DNA from: a virus
Virus record (IMG/VR): IMGVR_UViG_3300047469_000312
Location: 108,465-172,464 of that record
DNA length: 64,000 nt
Strand: one strand, 5' to 3'
The notes under the pieces were generated by a model. It saw nothing but the letters and a program-made list of their open reading frames with translations. It was not told the origin of the DNA and did no database searches. Below are positions 48,941 to 58,382 of this stretch, piece after piece (the first letter of the stretch is position 1; every line of letters begins with the position of its first letter). The translations under genes and the position numbers were made by a program.

Positions 48941-49324
48941 ATGGTTAAGAACATTATCAACCTGCTGTGCAACGGCTTCGAAAAGATGACGGCCCCGGCC
49001 CTGGGCAACCACAAGCACCGGATCGCGTCCGACTGCGGTTTGTCGGATGAAGACTTCCAGCTCGTGCTGGATGGCGAGATGGAAATCAGCCCGGCCTTGG
49101 CGCTCAAGCTCGAACAGACCATGGGTATCGATGCCCACGACATTCTGAACGCCCAGTCGGCGGATCAACTCGCGGCCCTCGGCAAGGCCCGCACCAAGAA
49201 GGTCGAAGTGCCGAAGGAAACCAAAACCGAGAAGGCTGCTAAGCCCGCTTCGGATGGTCGCCCGAAGCAGTCGCCGATGCACCGCGGCCCGCGCCCGACT
49301 GGCGCTGTCGCCATCAAGCTGTAA
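48941..49324 (+). CDS. HigA/VapI-like HTH (XRE) protein with Lys-rich tail
   Basis: IA..CGLS.....VLDG...ISPALALKLEQTMG......LNAQ. Confidence 0.65.
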   Translation: MVKNIINLLCNGFEKMTAPALGNHKHRIASDCGLSDEDFQLVLDGEMEISPALALKLEQTMGIDAHDILNAQSADQLAALGKARTKKVEVPKETKTEKAAKPASDGRPKQSPMHRGPRPTGAVAIKL

Positions 49325-49400
49325 GCTGAACCACGGCATATGAGCGGAGCCTTCGGGCTCCGCTTTGTGACAGCCTTTCTTTTTTTGATACTGAATCCGA

Positions 49401-49427
49401 TTTAAAACCTATATTACCCCTGGTGAG
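49401..49427 (+). promoter_or_regulatory. Putative phage early promoter
   Basis: TTTAAAACCTATATTAC...GTGAG. Confidence 0.65.
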
Positions 49428-49460
49428 TAGTGTAGCTCTTAAATCTGACGTAAAGGAATC

Positions 49461-49988
49461 ATGACCAAGAGTTTGCTTTACTATACATGTCCGAATGAGA
49501 AGTGCGGTAAGTCCGACCGACTCGAACTGGACAATGGTGATACGGTTGTCAGCCATGCGACCTTGCACAACGCCAATGCTGCGATGACGACAGCGCTGAT
49601 GGCATTGACTGAACAGGTCGTGTGCTACTGGTGTAAGACGCGCGTGTCGTTCGAATGGGAAACCATTCGCGTACCCAAAGCGGTCAAGTACACGCCCTAT
49701 TCCAAACTGAATAGCGACGCGTTGTTTCTGGTCGAGGGCTCTGATTTGGCAGGTGGCAAAGCCCATCTGGACGCGATCGTCGAACACGAGAATTTCGTGG
49801 CCCTGCTCAATCGTGAATTGGGTCGGCTGGACCACACGCATTATCCGCGTGACTGGAAGATACGGCTCGCAGGCAAATGGCTGCGCTCGCTCATCACCAC
49901 GTGGGTCAAAGGCAACAAGTCCGGCACGCCAGACTATCACACGCTGGATGTCGAGTACACCCAACTCATGACTGTTTATATTCGCTAA
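49461..49988 (+). CDS. Zinc-ribbon hypothetical protein
   Basis: CPNEKC...CYWC. Confidence 0.7.
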   Translation: MTKSLLYYTCPNEKCGKSDRLELDNGDTVVSHATLHNANAAMTTALMALTEQVVCYWCKTRVSFEWETIRVPKAVKYTPYSKLNSDALFLVEGSDLAGGKAHLDAIVEHENFVALLNRELGRLDHTHYPRDWKIRLAGKWLRSLITTWVKGNKSGTPDYHTLDVEYTQLMTVYIR

Positions 49989-50000
49989 GGAGTAGCATAA

Positions 50001-50258
50001 ATGTCGACTGTAGGAATGGTGCGCGGTAAGGCCGCACGGCGTCGGGAAGAGCAAGGCAACGGCAAGGGCGCGCCGAACCTCTATACGCCGGAGCAACTCA
50101 GGCGTTGGGACGTGTCGGTCGAAGCCAACAATGGCGACTGGGTTCCGGCGCGCCCGATGGGCTGGCAGGGCTGGGGTCTCTACGGTTTGAAACGCCGTTT
50201 CAAACTGGCCTGGGGTGTCTTCACCGGTCGCTACGATGTACTGAAGTGGCCGCTCTAA
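50001..50258 (+). CDS. Hypothetical protein
   Basis: AAGGAG RBS; WVPARP...RFKLAW.VFTG..D. Confidence 0.7.
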   Translation: MSTVGMVRGKAARRREEQGNGKGAPNLYTPEQLRRWDVSVEANNGDWVPARPMGWQGWGLYGLKRRFKLAWGVFTGRYDVLKWPL

Positions 50259-50264
50259 GGAGGT

Positions 50265-50618
50265 GTGATGCAGACAGACCACTTGCAGCGCATCGCCATG
50301 AACGCGATGGCCCATGTGTACGTCGAGAACAACGTCGAAGAGGCGGCGCTGCTGTGGCAATTCCACGCGTGGTGTCGTAAACAGTTTGCTCTCTTCGATG
50401 CCTGCGATTTGGCCGAAGCGGTGACGATTTCGCTCACTGAGCGCGCCTGGCTGCAAGTGCCGGGCTACACTAACAAACAGTACGGGCATGTGTTTTCGAT
50501 GATCTTCGAAGACGCGCTTCTGAAGCCCGAGCAGTACAAGAAGGCCGAGCTCTTTATGCGGGTTTCCGAATGTGGGAAGATCGTCGAGCTGCTGCAATTC
50601 CAACCCACTATGCATTAG
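50265..50618 (+). CDS. Hypothetical protein
   Basis: AAGGAGG RBS. Confidence 0.7.
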   Translation: MMQTDHLQRIAMNAMAHVYVENNVEEAALLWQFHAWCRKQFALFDACDLAEAVTISLTERAWLQVPGYTNKQYGHVFSMIFEDALLKPEQYKKAELFMRVSECGKIVELLQFQPTMH

Positions 50619-50627
50619 GAGAACGAC

Positions 50628-50828
50628 ATGGTTCTGTTCAATGAGAAAGGCGAAGTCGCCCTCGATACAGAAGGTTACATGGATCGCCTGAACGCCAACA
50701 TGGAGTTGATTCAAACGCGTCAGCTCCACAACGCACCGCCCGCGCGCGTCTTCACAGCGGCCGACATTGCTGCAGTAAAAGCTGCACCGGTAATGATGGT
50801 GATCGACAGCTGCGGAGAGATGCCATGA
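50628..50828 (+). CDS. Hypothetical protein
   Basis: AGGAG RBS. Confidence 0.6.
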   Translation: MVLFNEKGEVALDTEGYMDRLNANMELIQTRQLHNAPPARVFTAADIAAVKAAPVMMVIDSCGEMP

Positions 50829-51022
50829 GTCAGCGCAAACCCATGAGAGAACACATCAACGACAAGGTGATGGAGCTCACTGATGTGTTCGCAGCGTTTC
50901 CTGCCGAAACCAAATCGGTGGATTCCCGAGCCTGGCAGCACTTGCTGGTGTACGTGCCCAAAGAAGAACTCGAAGCCCGTCTAAAGAAGATAAACGAAAG
51001 GAAAGAAGAAGATGGCAACTAA
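50825..51022 (+). CDS. Hypothetical protein
   Basis: ATGA overlap. Confidence 0.65.
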   Translation: MSQRKPMREHINDKVMELTDVFAAFPAETKSVDSRAWQHLLVYVPKEELEARLKKINERKEEDGN

Positions 51023-51572
51023 AGCAGGCCGTGCCGAAGTCAGTGATGTCCGCACGGGGAAGACACTGTGGTATGCGGCAATCGATCTCGTTACTGGTAA
51101 GCGTTATCCGTTACCGACACTGGTAGGGACATCGGCCAGAAAGCTTATCCGTCAGCGTGAGTTGCCAGATGGTAGCGCCGCGCCCGAAGTCTTCTGGGTT
51201 TTCTACGACTATCGACGCGGCCAACTCAGCGGCCGCTTGATTTACATCGAGAATTTCCCACTGAATCACAAGGAGGAGCCGTCCTTCGATAAGTGCTTTG
51301 TCAGTCGCTCAGCCGTGCTGCGCTGGATTAAGCGCTACGAAAGCAATCGGGTCGAGACGCTCTGCGAAGATCGACGCGTCTTCAAGTACGGCTCGCACTT
51401 CCTTCGCCGCTCGGGAATCGACACAGCCAATCTGGCGGACAACCAGTTCGTCAAGACGGAACAATGGCTGGTGAACGAAGCCAAGTACGAGCGGCATCCG
51501 TCAACGCCGTTCAATCTGTTCGAAGCCACTCAGGCGGCCCAAGCCGCGCTTGCGGAAGCGCAGTCGGCCTAA
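51012..51572 (+). CDS. Hypothetical protein, M.TK.GR family member 2
   Basis: MATKAGRAEVSDVRTGKTLW. Confidence 0.75.
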   Translation: MATKAGRAEVSDVRTGKTLWYAAIDLVTGKRYPLPTLVGTSARKLIRQRELPDGSAAPEVFWVFYDYRRGQLSGRLIYIENFPLNHKEEPSFDKCFVSRSAVLRWIKRYESNRVETLCEDRRVFKYGSHFLRRSGIDTANLADNQFVKTEQWLVNEAKYERHPSTPFNLFEATQAAQAALAEAQSA

Positions 51573-51597
51573 CTGTTCAAAAACAAGGAGAGTTACC

Positions 51598-52791
51598 ATG
51601 GCAACAAAAGCAGGTCGTGCAACACTGAAGGATCTCAAAGCGGGTAAGACGTTGTGGCTTGTGCGGGCTGGTTACGGTAAAGCGCTTATTGGTGAGGAAG
51701 GCAACCAGGACAAGCTGAACCTCAGCTGGGTGCATGAGCCTGAGCGATTGGTGGTAACCCAGCGACCGTTTCGCACGATGACCGACCATGGTCCGAGCGC
51801 AGTCTCGAAGCCGAAGCCGGACTGGTCCTTTGTAGTGCGGGAATTCTATCCCTCCGGCGACTCGTATGAGCTCACGTTGGATTGCAGTATCGTGGGGATT
51901 CCGACCGATGTGCGTCCGGAAGTCGACTGCACCTTCCTCTTCGTGTCTAAGAAAGCTGCGATGCGTTATTACGAGCATGTGCGTTCGGTCACTTACGCGC
52001 ATCTGTTTGAACATCCAGCACAGTGGAAGACGACAGGACTGCGCAAGCGCGTGTGTCGGTCGTGGAATGGCCGCCCCATGGTGGTGGGTGACATCCCGAC
52101 GAAGGGCAATAGCCATCGTCCGTGGTTGCGGCTGCGCCCGACTGAGTTCCTCATGGGTGGCACGGTGATGAATCAGAGCACGCCCGATAGTGCGCTTGAG
52201 CACTCCATGCGAGAAAGCGCCAAGGAACTCTCGATGGTGTATCCGAGTGGGCCGATCAAGTGCCTCAGCGACGTGCATCTGGGCGTTACGCCGAAAGAGC
52301 ACTTCAAGGACATGGAGAACTTCTTCACGGGTTTCTGGGAACAGCTCCCCACGCCGGAAGCACGGAAAGCTCACATCCGTGACGGTGGCGTGCGTAAGCT
52401 CTATCCGGGACAAGTGATCATTCCGGGCGATCTCATGCCGGAGCAACGTGCTCAGATCGAGAAGGACTTCGTGATTCTGGACGAAGCACACATCATCGAC
52501 CCACCGGGCAAGCGCTTCGTGGAAGTCGAGGCGTCCATCCAGGGCAAGCCGGTCGCAAAGCTGGGTTTCGATCCTGCTGGCCTGACGCTCACCAAAGTGG
52601 TGATCGGTAACGGCGACAAGATCACGCACGAGTGGACGGTTTCTCCGGCCGAGTTCCCGCCCGCTGACGAGCAACCTTCGCCGGAAGTGCTGGCCTTTGC
52701 TGATCAGATCTTGAACGGCACGAAGATCACGGTTCAGGGTAGCCCCGAAAAACTGAAGTTCGACGATCCTGAAATCAAGAAGGAGGAATGA
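51598..52791 (+). CDS. Hypothetical protein, M.TK.GR family member 3
   Basis: MATKAGRATLKDLKAGKTLW; AAGGAG RBS. Confidence 0.75.
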   Translation: MATKAGRATLKDLKAGKTLWLVRAGYGKALIGEEGNQDKLNLSWVHEPERLVVTQRPFRTMTDHGPSAVSKPKPDWSFVVREFYPSGDSYELTLDCSIVGIPTDVRPEVDCTFLFVSKKAAMRYYEHVRSVTYAHLFEHPAQWKTTGLRKRVCRSWNGRPMVVGDIPTKGNSHRPWLRLRPTEFLMGGTVMNQSTPDSALEHSMRESAKELSMVYPSGPIKCLSDVHLGVTPKEHFKDMENFFTGFWEQLPTPEARKAHIRDGGVRKLYPGQVIIPGDLMPEQRAQIEKDFVILDEAHIIDPPGKRFVEVEASIQGKPVAKLGFDPAGLTLTKVVIGNGDKITHEWTVSPAEFPPADEQPSPEVLAFADQILNGTKITVQGSPEKLKFDDPEIKKEE

Positions 52792-53090
52792 TGGGTGTCG
52801 TTTGGGATGTGACGTTTGGGTGTCCGAAGTGTAAGAACTACGTTCGCTACCAGACTCGCTTGAGTGAGCACGATGTCAGTCTCGAGGATCTGGGCGAAGG
52901 TATCGTCATGGATGAACTCTTCGAAGAGAATACCAACGGTCAGTGTTGGTGCTCTTATTGCGACACCAAGATCGGATTCGTAAAAGAGATCCGTCTGAAA
53001 CCCGTGATCCATGATGAATTACCCCAGGACCCTACACCCGACGAGATTGCTCGGGTGCAGGCCTATCTGGCTCGTCAACAAGGAGGTTAA
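52788..53090 (+). CDS. Zinc-ribbon protein
   Basis: CPKC...CSYC. Confidence 0.7.
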   Translation: MMGVVWDVTFGCPKCKNYVRYQTRLSEHDVSLEDLGEGIVMDELFEENTNGQCWCSYCDTKIGFVKEIRLKPVIHDELPQDPTPDEIARVQAYLARQQGG

Positions 53091-53091
53091 G

Positions 53092-53466
53092 ATGGGCGCA
53101 CGTATTGCAGTAAACATTCCCGAAGATGAACTCGGGATGATCGAGACATCGACCCATTCAGTAGCGTGGTGTGTGATCGAGATGTGTAGTCCGTGGCTCA
53201 ATGGCGCACAGCACGAGCGGGACTTCAAGGTCATTCCGAGCGCGGCGTTAAAGGCTGCTGACCGGGAAGTACCCAAGAGCTGTGAAGCCTACGGCCACTG
53301 GCGACTTTATCGCACGCTAGAGGGTGTGGAAGGTGCCCCCGGCAGCGGCAAGCTCTGGCAGATCGAGCACGGTAACTGGAACGCTTCCATCTTTAACGAA
53401 GCTCGTGAGTTCTTGCGCCAGTACGGTGCGTCGACCTCGACGGATGATGCCGAGGTGAAGCTCTAG
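53092..53466 (+). CDS. Hypothetical protein
   Basis: AGGAGG RBS. Confidence 0.7.
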   Translation: MGARIAVNIPEDELGMIETSTHSVAWCVIEMCSPWLNGAQHERDFKVIPSAALKAADREVPKSCEAYGHWRLYRTLEGVEGAPGSGKLWQIEHGNWNASIFNEAREFLRQYGASTSTDDAEVKL

Positions 53467-53519
53467 CTTTAAATTACACCCACGCCCCATCAAGTGGGTA
53501 TAAAACAAGGAAGATTGAC

Positions 53520-54389
53520 ATGATTTTGAATGACCGCGCAATCAGAAAGCTCTCGCTGATGCCCACCCACCAGCGAGTCGATAACAACCTGCGGCGTACG
53601 CTCTATGCGCTGGTCGGCGATGAACTGTACTGCATCGGGGACGGCTATCGCGACGACACGCGCTGCAAAGGCGGTATGGAAGAAGCCATGCGGGGTCTGA
53701 AGGAGCTCACGACCGAGCAGGCCGTAGGCTTCGCAGGCGGCGCCTGTTTTGTTCCGGACCCGGATCAGGATTTGGTGGTTGGTCAGCTAAACGGCCAATG
53801 GGGTCGCATGATCACGCCCTTTGTGCCGGGCCAGGTTCGCACTGCTGACAAATACTGGGACGATGACAAGCGAGTCTGGCGCTTCGGTACTAAGGACGGC
53901 GCCGTTGCGACCAATCCCGGTCAGAAGATCATTTCCTACGGCACCAGTAGCATGGGCTACGACGTGCGGCTTGGGCGTAAGTTCAAGGTCTTCACGAACG
54001 TCTACGGCGCCGTGATCGACCCGCTGAATATGCCGGATGAAGCCTACGTCGATATGGAAGGCGACTACGTCGTCATCCCGCCCAACAGCTACGTGCTCGG
54101 CCACACGATCGAGTATTTCAACATGCCCAACGACGTGGTGGCGATCTGTGTGGGCAAGTCGACGTACGCGCGAGCGGGCTGTGCCATCAACGTGACGCCG
54201 ATCGAGCCCGGCTTCAAGGGTCAGGTGGTCATCGAGATCGCTAACCAGACCCCGCTTCCGATGAAGGTGTATGCGGACATGGGCATTGCACAGTTCATGT
54301 TCTTGCAGGGCGAGCCGTGCGAGATCGACTACGCCAACCGCGCGGGCAAGTATCAAGGCCAGATGGGTATCACAACCGCGCGGGTGTAA
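53520..54389 (+). CDS. dcd: dCTP deaminase with N-terminal insertions
   Basis: ISYGTSSMGYDVRL, IPPNSY.L..TIEYF, GKSTYARAG..NVTPIEPGF.G, YA..GIAQ, GKYQGQ.GIT. Confidence 0.93.
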   Translation: MILNDRAIRKLSLMPTHQRVDNNLRRTLYALVGDELYCIGDGYRDDTRCKGGMEEAMRGLKELTTEQAVGFAGGACFVPDPDQDLVVGQLNGQWGRMITPFVPGQVRTADKYWDDDKRVWRFGTKDGAVATNPGQKIISYGTSSMGYDVRLGRKFKVFTNVYGAVIDPLNMPDEAYVDMEGDYVVIPPNSYVLGHTIEYFNMPNDVVAICVGKSTYARAGCAINVTPIEPGFKGQVVIEIANQTPLPMKVYADMGIAQFMFLQGEPCEIDYANRAGKYQGQMGITTARV

Positions 54390-54420
54390 CCTTCCTCGAA
54401 GTTAATAAGGAGAAGAAAAA

Positions 54421-54750
54421 ATGGCAGACTTCACCAAGATGGAATTCAGGCAACATCGCGTGCCGACGCCGGATGTCAAACTCGACACGAGCCGTAACCT
54501 GACGAGTCATCTGCAAAACGAAGAAGCAGGCACGCTGATCTGCGCGGCAATGACGGGCATCGACAAGACGCTGCGCGACATGCGCGAGAGCGGCCTCTTC
54601 TGCAAGGACGAGATCGACGAGATGCTGCAGTCGGACACAAAGACGATCACGGTCAGCAAAGACCAAGTGATCCTCAAGTGGGTCAAGATGGGTCCGAGCG
54701 CTTCGGAGATCCGTCAGTTCACGATCATGTACGTGCCGGAGCCCGAATGA
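54421..54750 (+). CDS. Hypothetical protein
   Basis: AAGGAG RBS. Confidence 0.7.
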   Translation: MADFTKMEFRQHRVPTPDVKLDTSRNLTSHLQNEEAGTLICAAMTGIDKTLRDMRESGLFCKDEIDEMLQSDTKTITVSKDQVILKWVKMGPSASEIRQFTIMYVPEPE

Positions 54751-55109
54751 GCTACCTCCCCCTCACTAACAATGTCGGGGTGAACCTCGCTTTGAGCTCG
54801 GCGATGGACAGCAACAATTCGCCTGCGGCGAGCCAGCAGACCCAACCCCAAGTCATCATCGTGCAAGCCCCGGCAGGCACGACGATTCAGGTGGTGCAGC
54901 CACCGCATCAGTTGCCGCTGCCAGAAGAAAAGCCGCTGTCGACTGACTTCACCGTCTTCATTTTCATGATGGGGGTGACGGGTGTGTTGCTGATTGTACT
55001 GGCAGCCACTCGTAAAGCAAGCCTGCGCAAACTCATCGGTGCAATCATCGTGATTCCATGGGCTTTGTTTGCTTGCTACAACCTGTTCTCCTTGGCGAGA
55101 GCAGGCTAA
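54747..55109 (+). CDS. Membrane protein
   Basis: ATGA overlap, two C-terminal TM segments. Confidence 0.65.
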   Translation: MSYLPLTNNVGVNLALSSAMDSNNSPAASQQTQPQVIIVQAPAGTTIQVVQPPHQLPLPEEKPLSTDFTVFIFMMGVTGVLLIVLAATRKASLRKLIGAIIVIPWALFACYNLFSLARAG

Positions 55110-55175
55110 CTGTTTTATCCAACCCGAGCCAGACTTTGAGGTCGGCTCAATCTCAAGCTTAAAGGAGCTGAGTAA

Positions 55176-55580
55176 ATGACTGAAGTAAAGCTGTTGCGTA
55201 AAGGCGGTAAAGGTATCAAAGGCACGGTAGCGAACGCGGATCATCACGCGAAGTATATCCTGCCCTTCATCGAAGCGATGCAAGGTGCAGCCAAGCACGT
55301 GGGTTTCAAGGAGTGGCGACAGGGTTCCAATATCCATGAGTTCGTTACGCACCATGGCGGTCGCTACACGCTACGTCCGATCTGTCAGGAAGACGATCCG
55401 ACCAAACCGTTCTACTGTGGCATTCGTTTGTCGCTGCGTCTGTCGCGCAGCGAAGAACACCGCCTGCTGGAAATCGATAACGTCGCCGATGTGCCGCGTC
55501 TGCTGGACGTGATGCGCTTGTTGGCCCTCCCCGTCAAAGGACGCCTGAATACGGGCGCAGAAGCAAAGGAAGCAGCATAA
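55176..55580 (+). CDS. Hypothetical protein
   Basis: AAGGAG RBS. Confidence 0.75.
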   Translation: MTEVKLLRKGGKGIKGTVANADHHAKYILPFIEAMQGAAKHVGFKEWRQGSNIHEFVTHHGGRYTLRPICQEDDPTKPFYCGIRLSLRLSRSEEHRLLEIDNVADVPRLLDVMRLLALPVKGRLNTGAEAKEAA

Positions 55581-55870
55581 TGGCAAACGTCGTTCCGGGG
55601 AAAGTCTATCTCATCATTGGCTCGGCCAATGGACCCAAAGGTCTCTCGGTGGGTCGCAAGTGTAAGACGATTCATCGCCAGCCACTCGATCACATCGAAC
55701 ACGGTCCGCTCTGGTACGTGGAGTCGGCCGATGGTCGGGAGTTTGTCTCGCAGTATGGCGCTACCGGCATGTACGTCACAGTGGCTGAAGATTGGCTGCA
55801 GGACATTCCGCCCGAGCCGCCGAAGGCTGAACCGCGTGTGACTGAGAAAGATCTGGAGCGGGTGGAGTGA
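55580..55870 (+). CDS. Hypothetical protein
   Basis: TAATG coupling. Confidence 0.7.
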   Translation: MANVVPGKVYLIIGSANGPKGLSVGRKCKTIHRQPLDHIEHGPLWYVESADGREFVSQYGATGMYVTVAEDWLQDIPPEPPKAEPRVTEKDLERVE

Positions 55871-56253
55871 TGCTGAGGCGCCTACTGCCTAAGTGGAGTG
55901 AGGGGCGTCAGGGTTCAGGGTATCGAATCATGACGTTCATCAACAGCTCGCAGCTCAAGTTCGACATGCATCTGATCCAGTATCCCACTGGGTCGTCGAT
56001 TCCGCCCCACAAAGACAAAGCCAACTTTGACCAGCGTCACTATCGACTCAACATCGAAGTGAAGCGACCCAAAGTCGGTGGCTTCTTCGTGGTGGAGAAG
56101 TGCATTTTCCGGTGGTGGCGCATTGCGCTCTTTCGACCGGATCAGTGTTTGCACATGGTCACGCCGATCGAGCAAGGCACGCGCTGGGTGCTAAGCTTCG
56201 GCTGGCTGCGTGCTCCAGCGAAGGAGTCGCTCCGTGATATTAAGTTTGATTAA
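55870..56253 (+). CDS. 2OG-Fe(II) oxygenase
   Basis: IPPHKD (HxD), GG.F, FRPD...H.V......R.VLS. Confidence 0.8.
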   Translation: MLRRLLPKWSEGRQGSGYRIMTFINSSQLKFDMHLIQYPTGSSIPPHKDKANFDQRHYRLNIEVKRPKVGGFFVVEKCIFRWWRIALFRPDQCLHMVTPIEQGTRWVLSFGWLRAPAKESLRDIKFD

Positions 56254-56267
56254 TTACAAGGAAAGAA

Positions 56268-56717
56268 ATGCTGATTTATCCGCTTAAGGTCACGGTCGAT
56301 GATCCGGGCTGGCTTGTAGAGTCCCGCGATATACGGCAACTGGTGACGGGTGCACCGCGCGGCACGACGAAAGAATTCGCAGTGAAAATGGGTTACGAGG
56401 CATTCAAGATCGTCGCCGAACTCCTGATGGAGCGTGGCCGACCGATCCCCTTGCCTTCGCAACCGCAACACGGCGAATTGGCCATGACGCTGAGTCTGAA
56501 CATCGAAGCCAAACTCCTGATCTGGAACGAAATCGTGAAGCTGGGTCTCAAACCGGCACAGATAGCCAAGCGTCTCGGTCCGCTTAAGTACCCGATGACG
56601 AAGTTCAAGAACCTCGACGACCCGGTGTCGCTCGATGTCCTGGCCAGTCTGGCGGTGATGGTCAAACTGAACTTTTCGTTTCAGGTTGGTGGGCACTATG
56701 CTGAGTCGGTTATTTAA
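56268..56717 (+). CDS. HicB-like antitoxin (orphan)
   Basis: YP....D..GWLV..RDI, GRPIPLPS, AKLLIWNEI...GL...IA.RLG C-terminal HTH. Confidence 0.65.
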   Translation: MLIYPLKVTVDDPGWLVESRDIRQLVTGAPRGTTKEFAVKMGYEAFKIVAELLMERGRPIPLPSQPQHGELAMTLSLNIEAKLLIWNEIVKLGLKPAQIAKRLGPLKYPMTKFKNLDDPVSLDVLASLAVMVKLNFSFQVGGHYAESVI

Positions 56718-57030
56718 GTGGCTCTTTGAGCCGAGAGGGGTGAAGCTTCAGCTCCTCCCGGTCAAACGCCTCTACGTCAAGAAGCAAGGCGAGTGGAGGT
56801 TAGTCTGGAAGAAGCAGCCTCCTCCAACGCCTCGTAGGACTTGGGGTGCCAATCCAGACTGTCCGAAGTGTGGAAGTCGCTGTGGTCATTACGACATTCA
56901 CACGCGCAAGGTGTTCTGCTTTGGTTGTCGGGACGTCGTCTACCAGTTGCATCACTGGCCCGTGCCCGCCGACTACCTCACGCATCACGGCGAGACTGTC
57001 CCTCACCTCGTCCCGCCGCAAGTGCGCTAA
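56698..57030 (+). CDS. Zinc-ribbon hypothetical protein
   Basis: CPKC...CFGC. Confidence 0.6.
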   Translation: MLSRLFKWLFEPRGVKLQLLPVKRLYVKKQGEWRLVWKKQPPPTPRRTWGANPDCPKCGSRCGHYDIHTRKVFCFGCRDVVYQLHHWPVPADYLTHHGETVPHLVPPQVR

Positions 57031-57059
57031 CTATAACGTCTCACTACAGGAGCAGTACC

Positions 57060-57371
57060 ATGGAAGGTTTCAAGAACGAATTCTTCGCAGCGGCGGTCAT
57101 CAAAGATCAGCCGGAGAACTTCACTGGCGTAGAAATCAGTGGCGTGCGCATCGCTACCGGTTCGGTCGAAGACGGTCGTCATCCGTGCGTGATGGACAAC
57201 GAGAAGCCGGAATTCTTTTCGGCGTACTTGCGTCACAAGGACGGGCGGGCTCTGGCTGTGTGCGATGTCGGCACGCATGCGGAGTGCCTCGCGTGGTCGA
57301 ACCAGCTGGCGGCTCGCTATCGTGAGCACCATTGGACGGTGACGGATCTGTTCGCAGCAGTGCATCACTAA
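57060..57371 (+). CDS. Hypothetical protein
   Basis: AGGAG RBS before ATG 57060. Confidence 0.7.
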   Translation: MEGFKNEFFAAAVIKDQPENFTGVEISGVRIATGSVEDGRHPCVMDNEKPEFFSAYLRHKDGRALAVCDVGTHAECLAWSNQLAARYREHHWTVTDLFAAVHH

Positions 57372-57431
57372 AACAACAAGCATCGTGAAAAGCGGGGAGG
57401 AGAGCTTCCTCGCTCTATGACGTCAAACGAG

Positions 57432-57456
57432 TTTCAGCCCTATATCACTAACTTAG
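57432..57456 (+). promoter_or_regulatory. Putative phage early promoter
   Basis: TTTCAGCCCTATATCAC. Confidence 0.6.
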
Positions 57457-57505
57457 CATTACAGGAAGCACCTTCATCAACGCTAATTACAAGGAAGAAT
57501 AAACG

Positions 57506-58006
57506 ATGGTTAGAATAACAATCTTAGCCGCCCTCACTGCTTTAGCCGTGTTGTTTTCCGGGGTTTGCGAAGCTGACTGCTTTACCGACGCGGCGTCGTA
57601 TCAGAAAGTCAACCCGCTAATCCTGCGTGGGATTGCGGTGGTGGAAAGTCAGAACGACCCGAAGGCATTAAACCGTAACAAGAATGGCTCGGTTGATTTT
57701 GGCCTGATGCAGGTCAATTCGATCCATCTCCCGGAGCTGAAGAGGTACAAGATCGGCCGCCGGGACTTGATGCAGAGCTGCAAGAACATATACGTCGCAG
57801 CCTGGTTGCTGCGTCGCTCGATGAACCGGTACGGCAACACCTGGGCTGCCGTCGGGGGCTATCATTCCAACACGCCCAAAGAGCGTGCGGTGTACGCCAT
57901 CAAGGTCCGTCAAGTGGTAAAGACGATTCTTGCAGCTAAGCAGCAGACTGTGCATGTAGCATCTCTTCCACCCAAACATATTCCGCTGCTCCTTGCGAGC
58001 AATTGA
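57506..58006 (+). CDS. Secreted SLT lytic transglycosylase (IagB/BapC-like)
   Basis: Signal peptide; IAVVES catalytic Glu, GLMQVNS.H, AVGGYHS.TP. Confidence 0.9.
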   Translation: MVRITILAALTALAVLFSGVCEADCFTDAASYQKVNPLILRGIAVVESQNDPKALNRNKNGSVDFGLMQVNSIHLPELKRYKIGRRDLMQSCKNIYVAAWLLRRSMNRYGNTWAAVGGYHSNTPKERAVYAIKVRQVVKTILAAKQQTVHVASLPPKHIPLLLASN

Positions 58007-58032
58007 GGTTCCTATGTCCCAGGAGGTGAGTC

Positions 58033-58380
58033 ATGGCGTCGCTACTCGAAGTGGCCGCTCGAGGTAATGTCGGCGATGTGGTTCAGGCCATCTATGCACA
58101 GTGCCACGATCTGGAAGCGAAGCACCAGTTGCATTTGTTGGCCAAGCCGTACTTTGAAACGATTTTGCGACGTTTCAATGGCCAGACCTTGCGTTACAGC
58201 CTGGTCTACGGTTTGATCAAGACGCTTGATGGTAATTCCAATCCCGCGTACCTGCTCACCATGACGCGCGCTGACCAGCTGGTCACCAAGTGGGCGCTCT
58301 TCGTGAATGAGCAGGATCGCATTATCCGGATTGCTGAGCAAGACCCCGAGCTTCCTACCAACCTAATTGTGAAACACTGA
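58033..58380 (+). CDS. Hypothetical protein
   Basis: AGGAGG RBS. Confidence 0.7.
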   Translation: MASLLEVAARGNVGDVVQAIYAQCHDLEAKHQLHLLAKPYFETILRRFNGQTLRYSLVYGLIKTLDGNSNPAYLLTMTRADQLVTKWALFVNEQDRIIRIAEQDPELPTNLIVKH

Positions 58381-58382
58381 CG

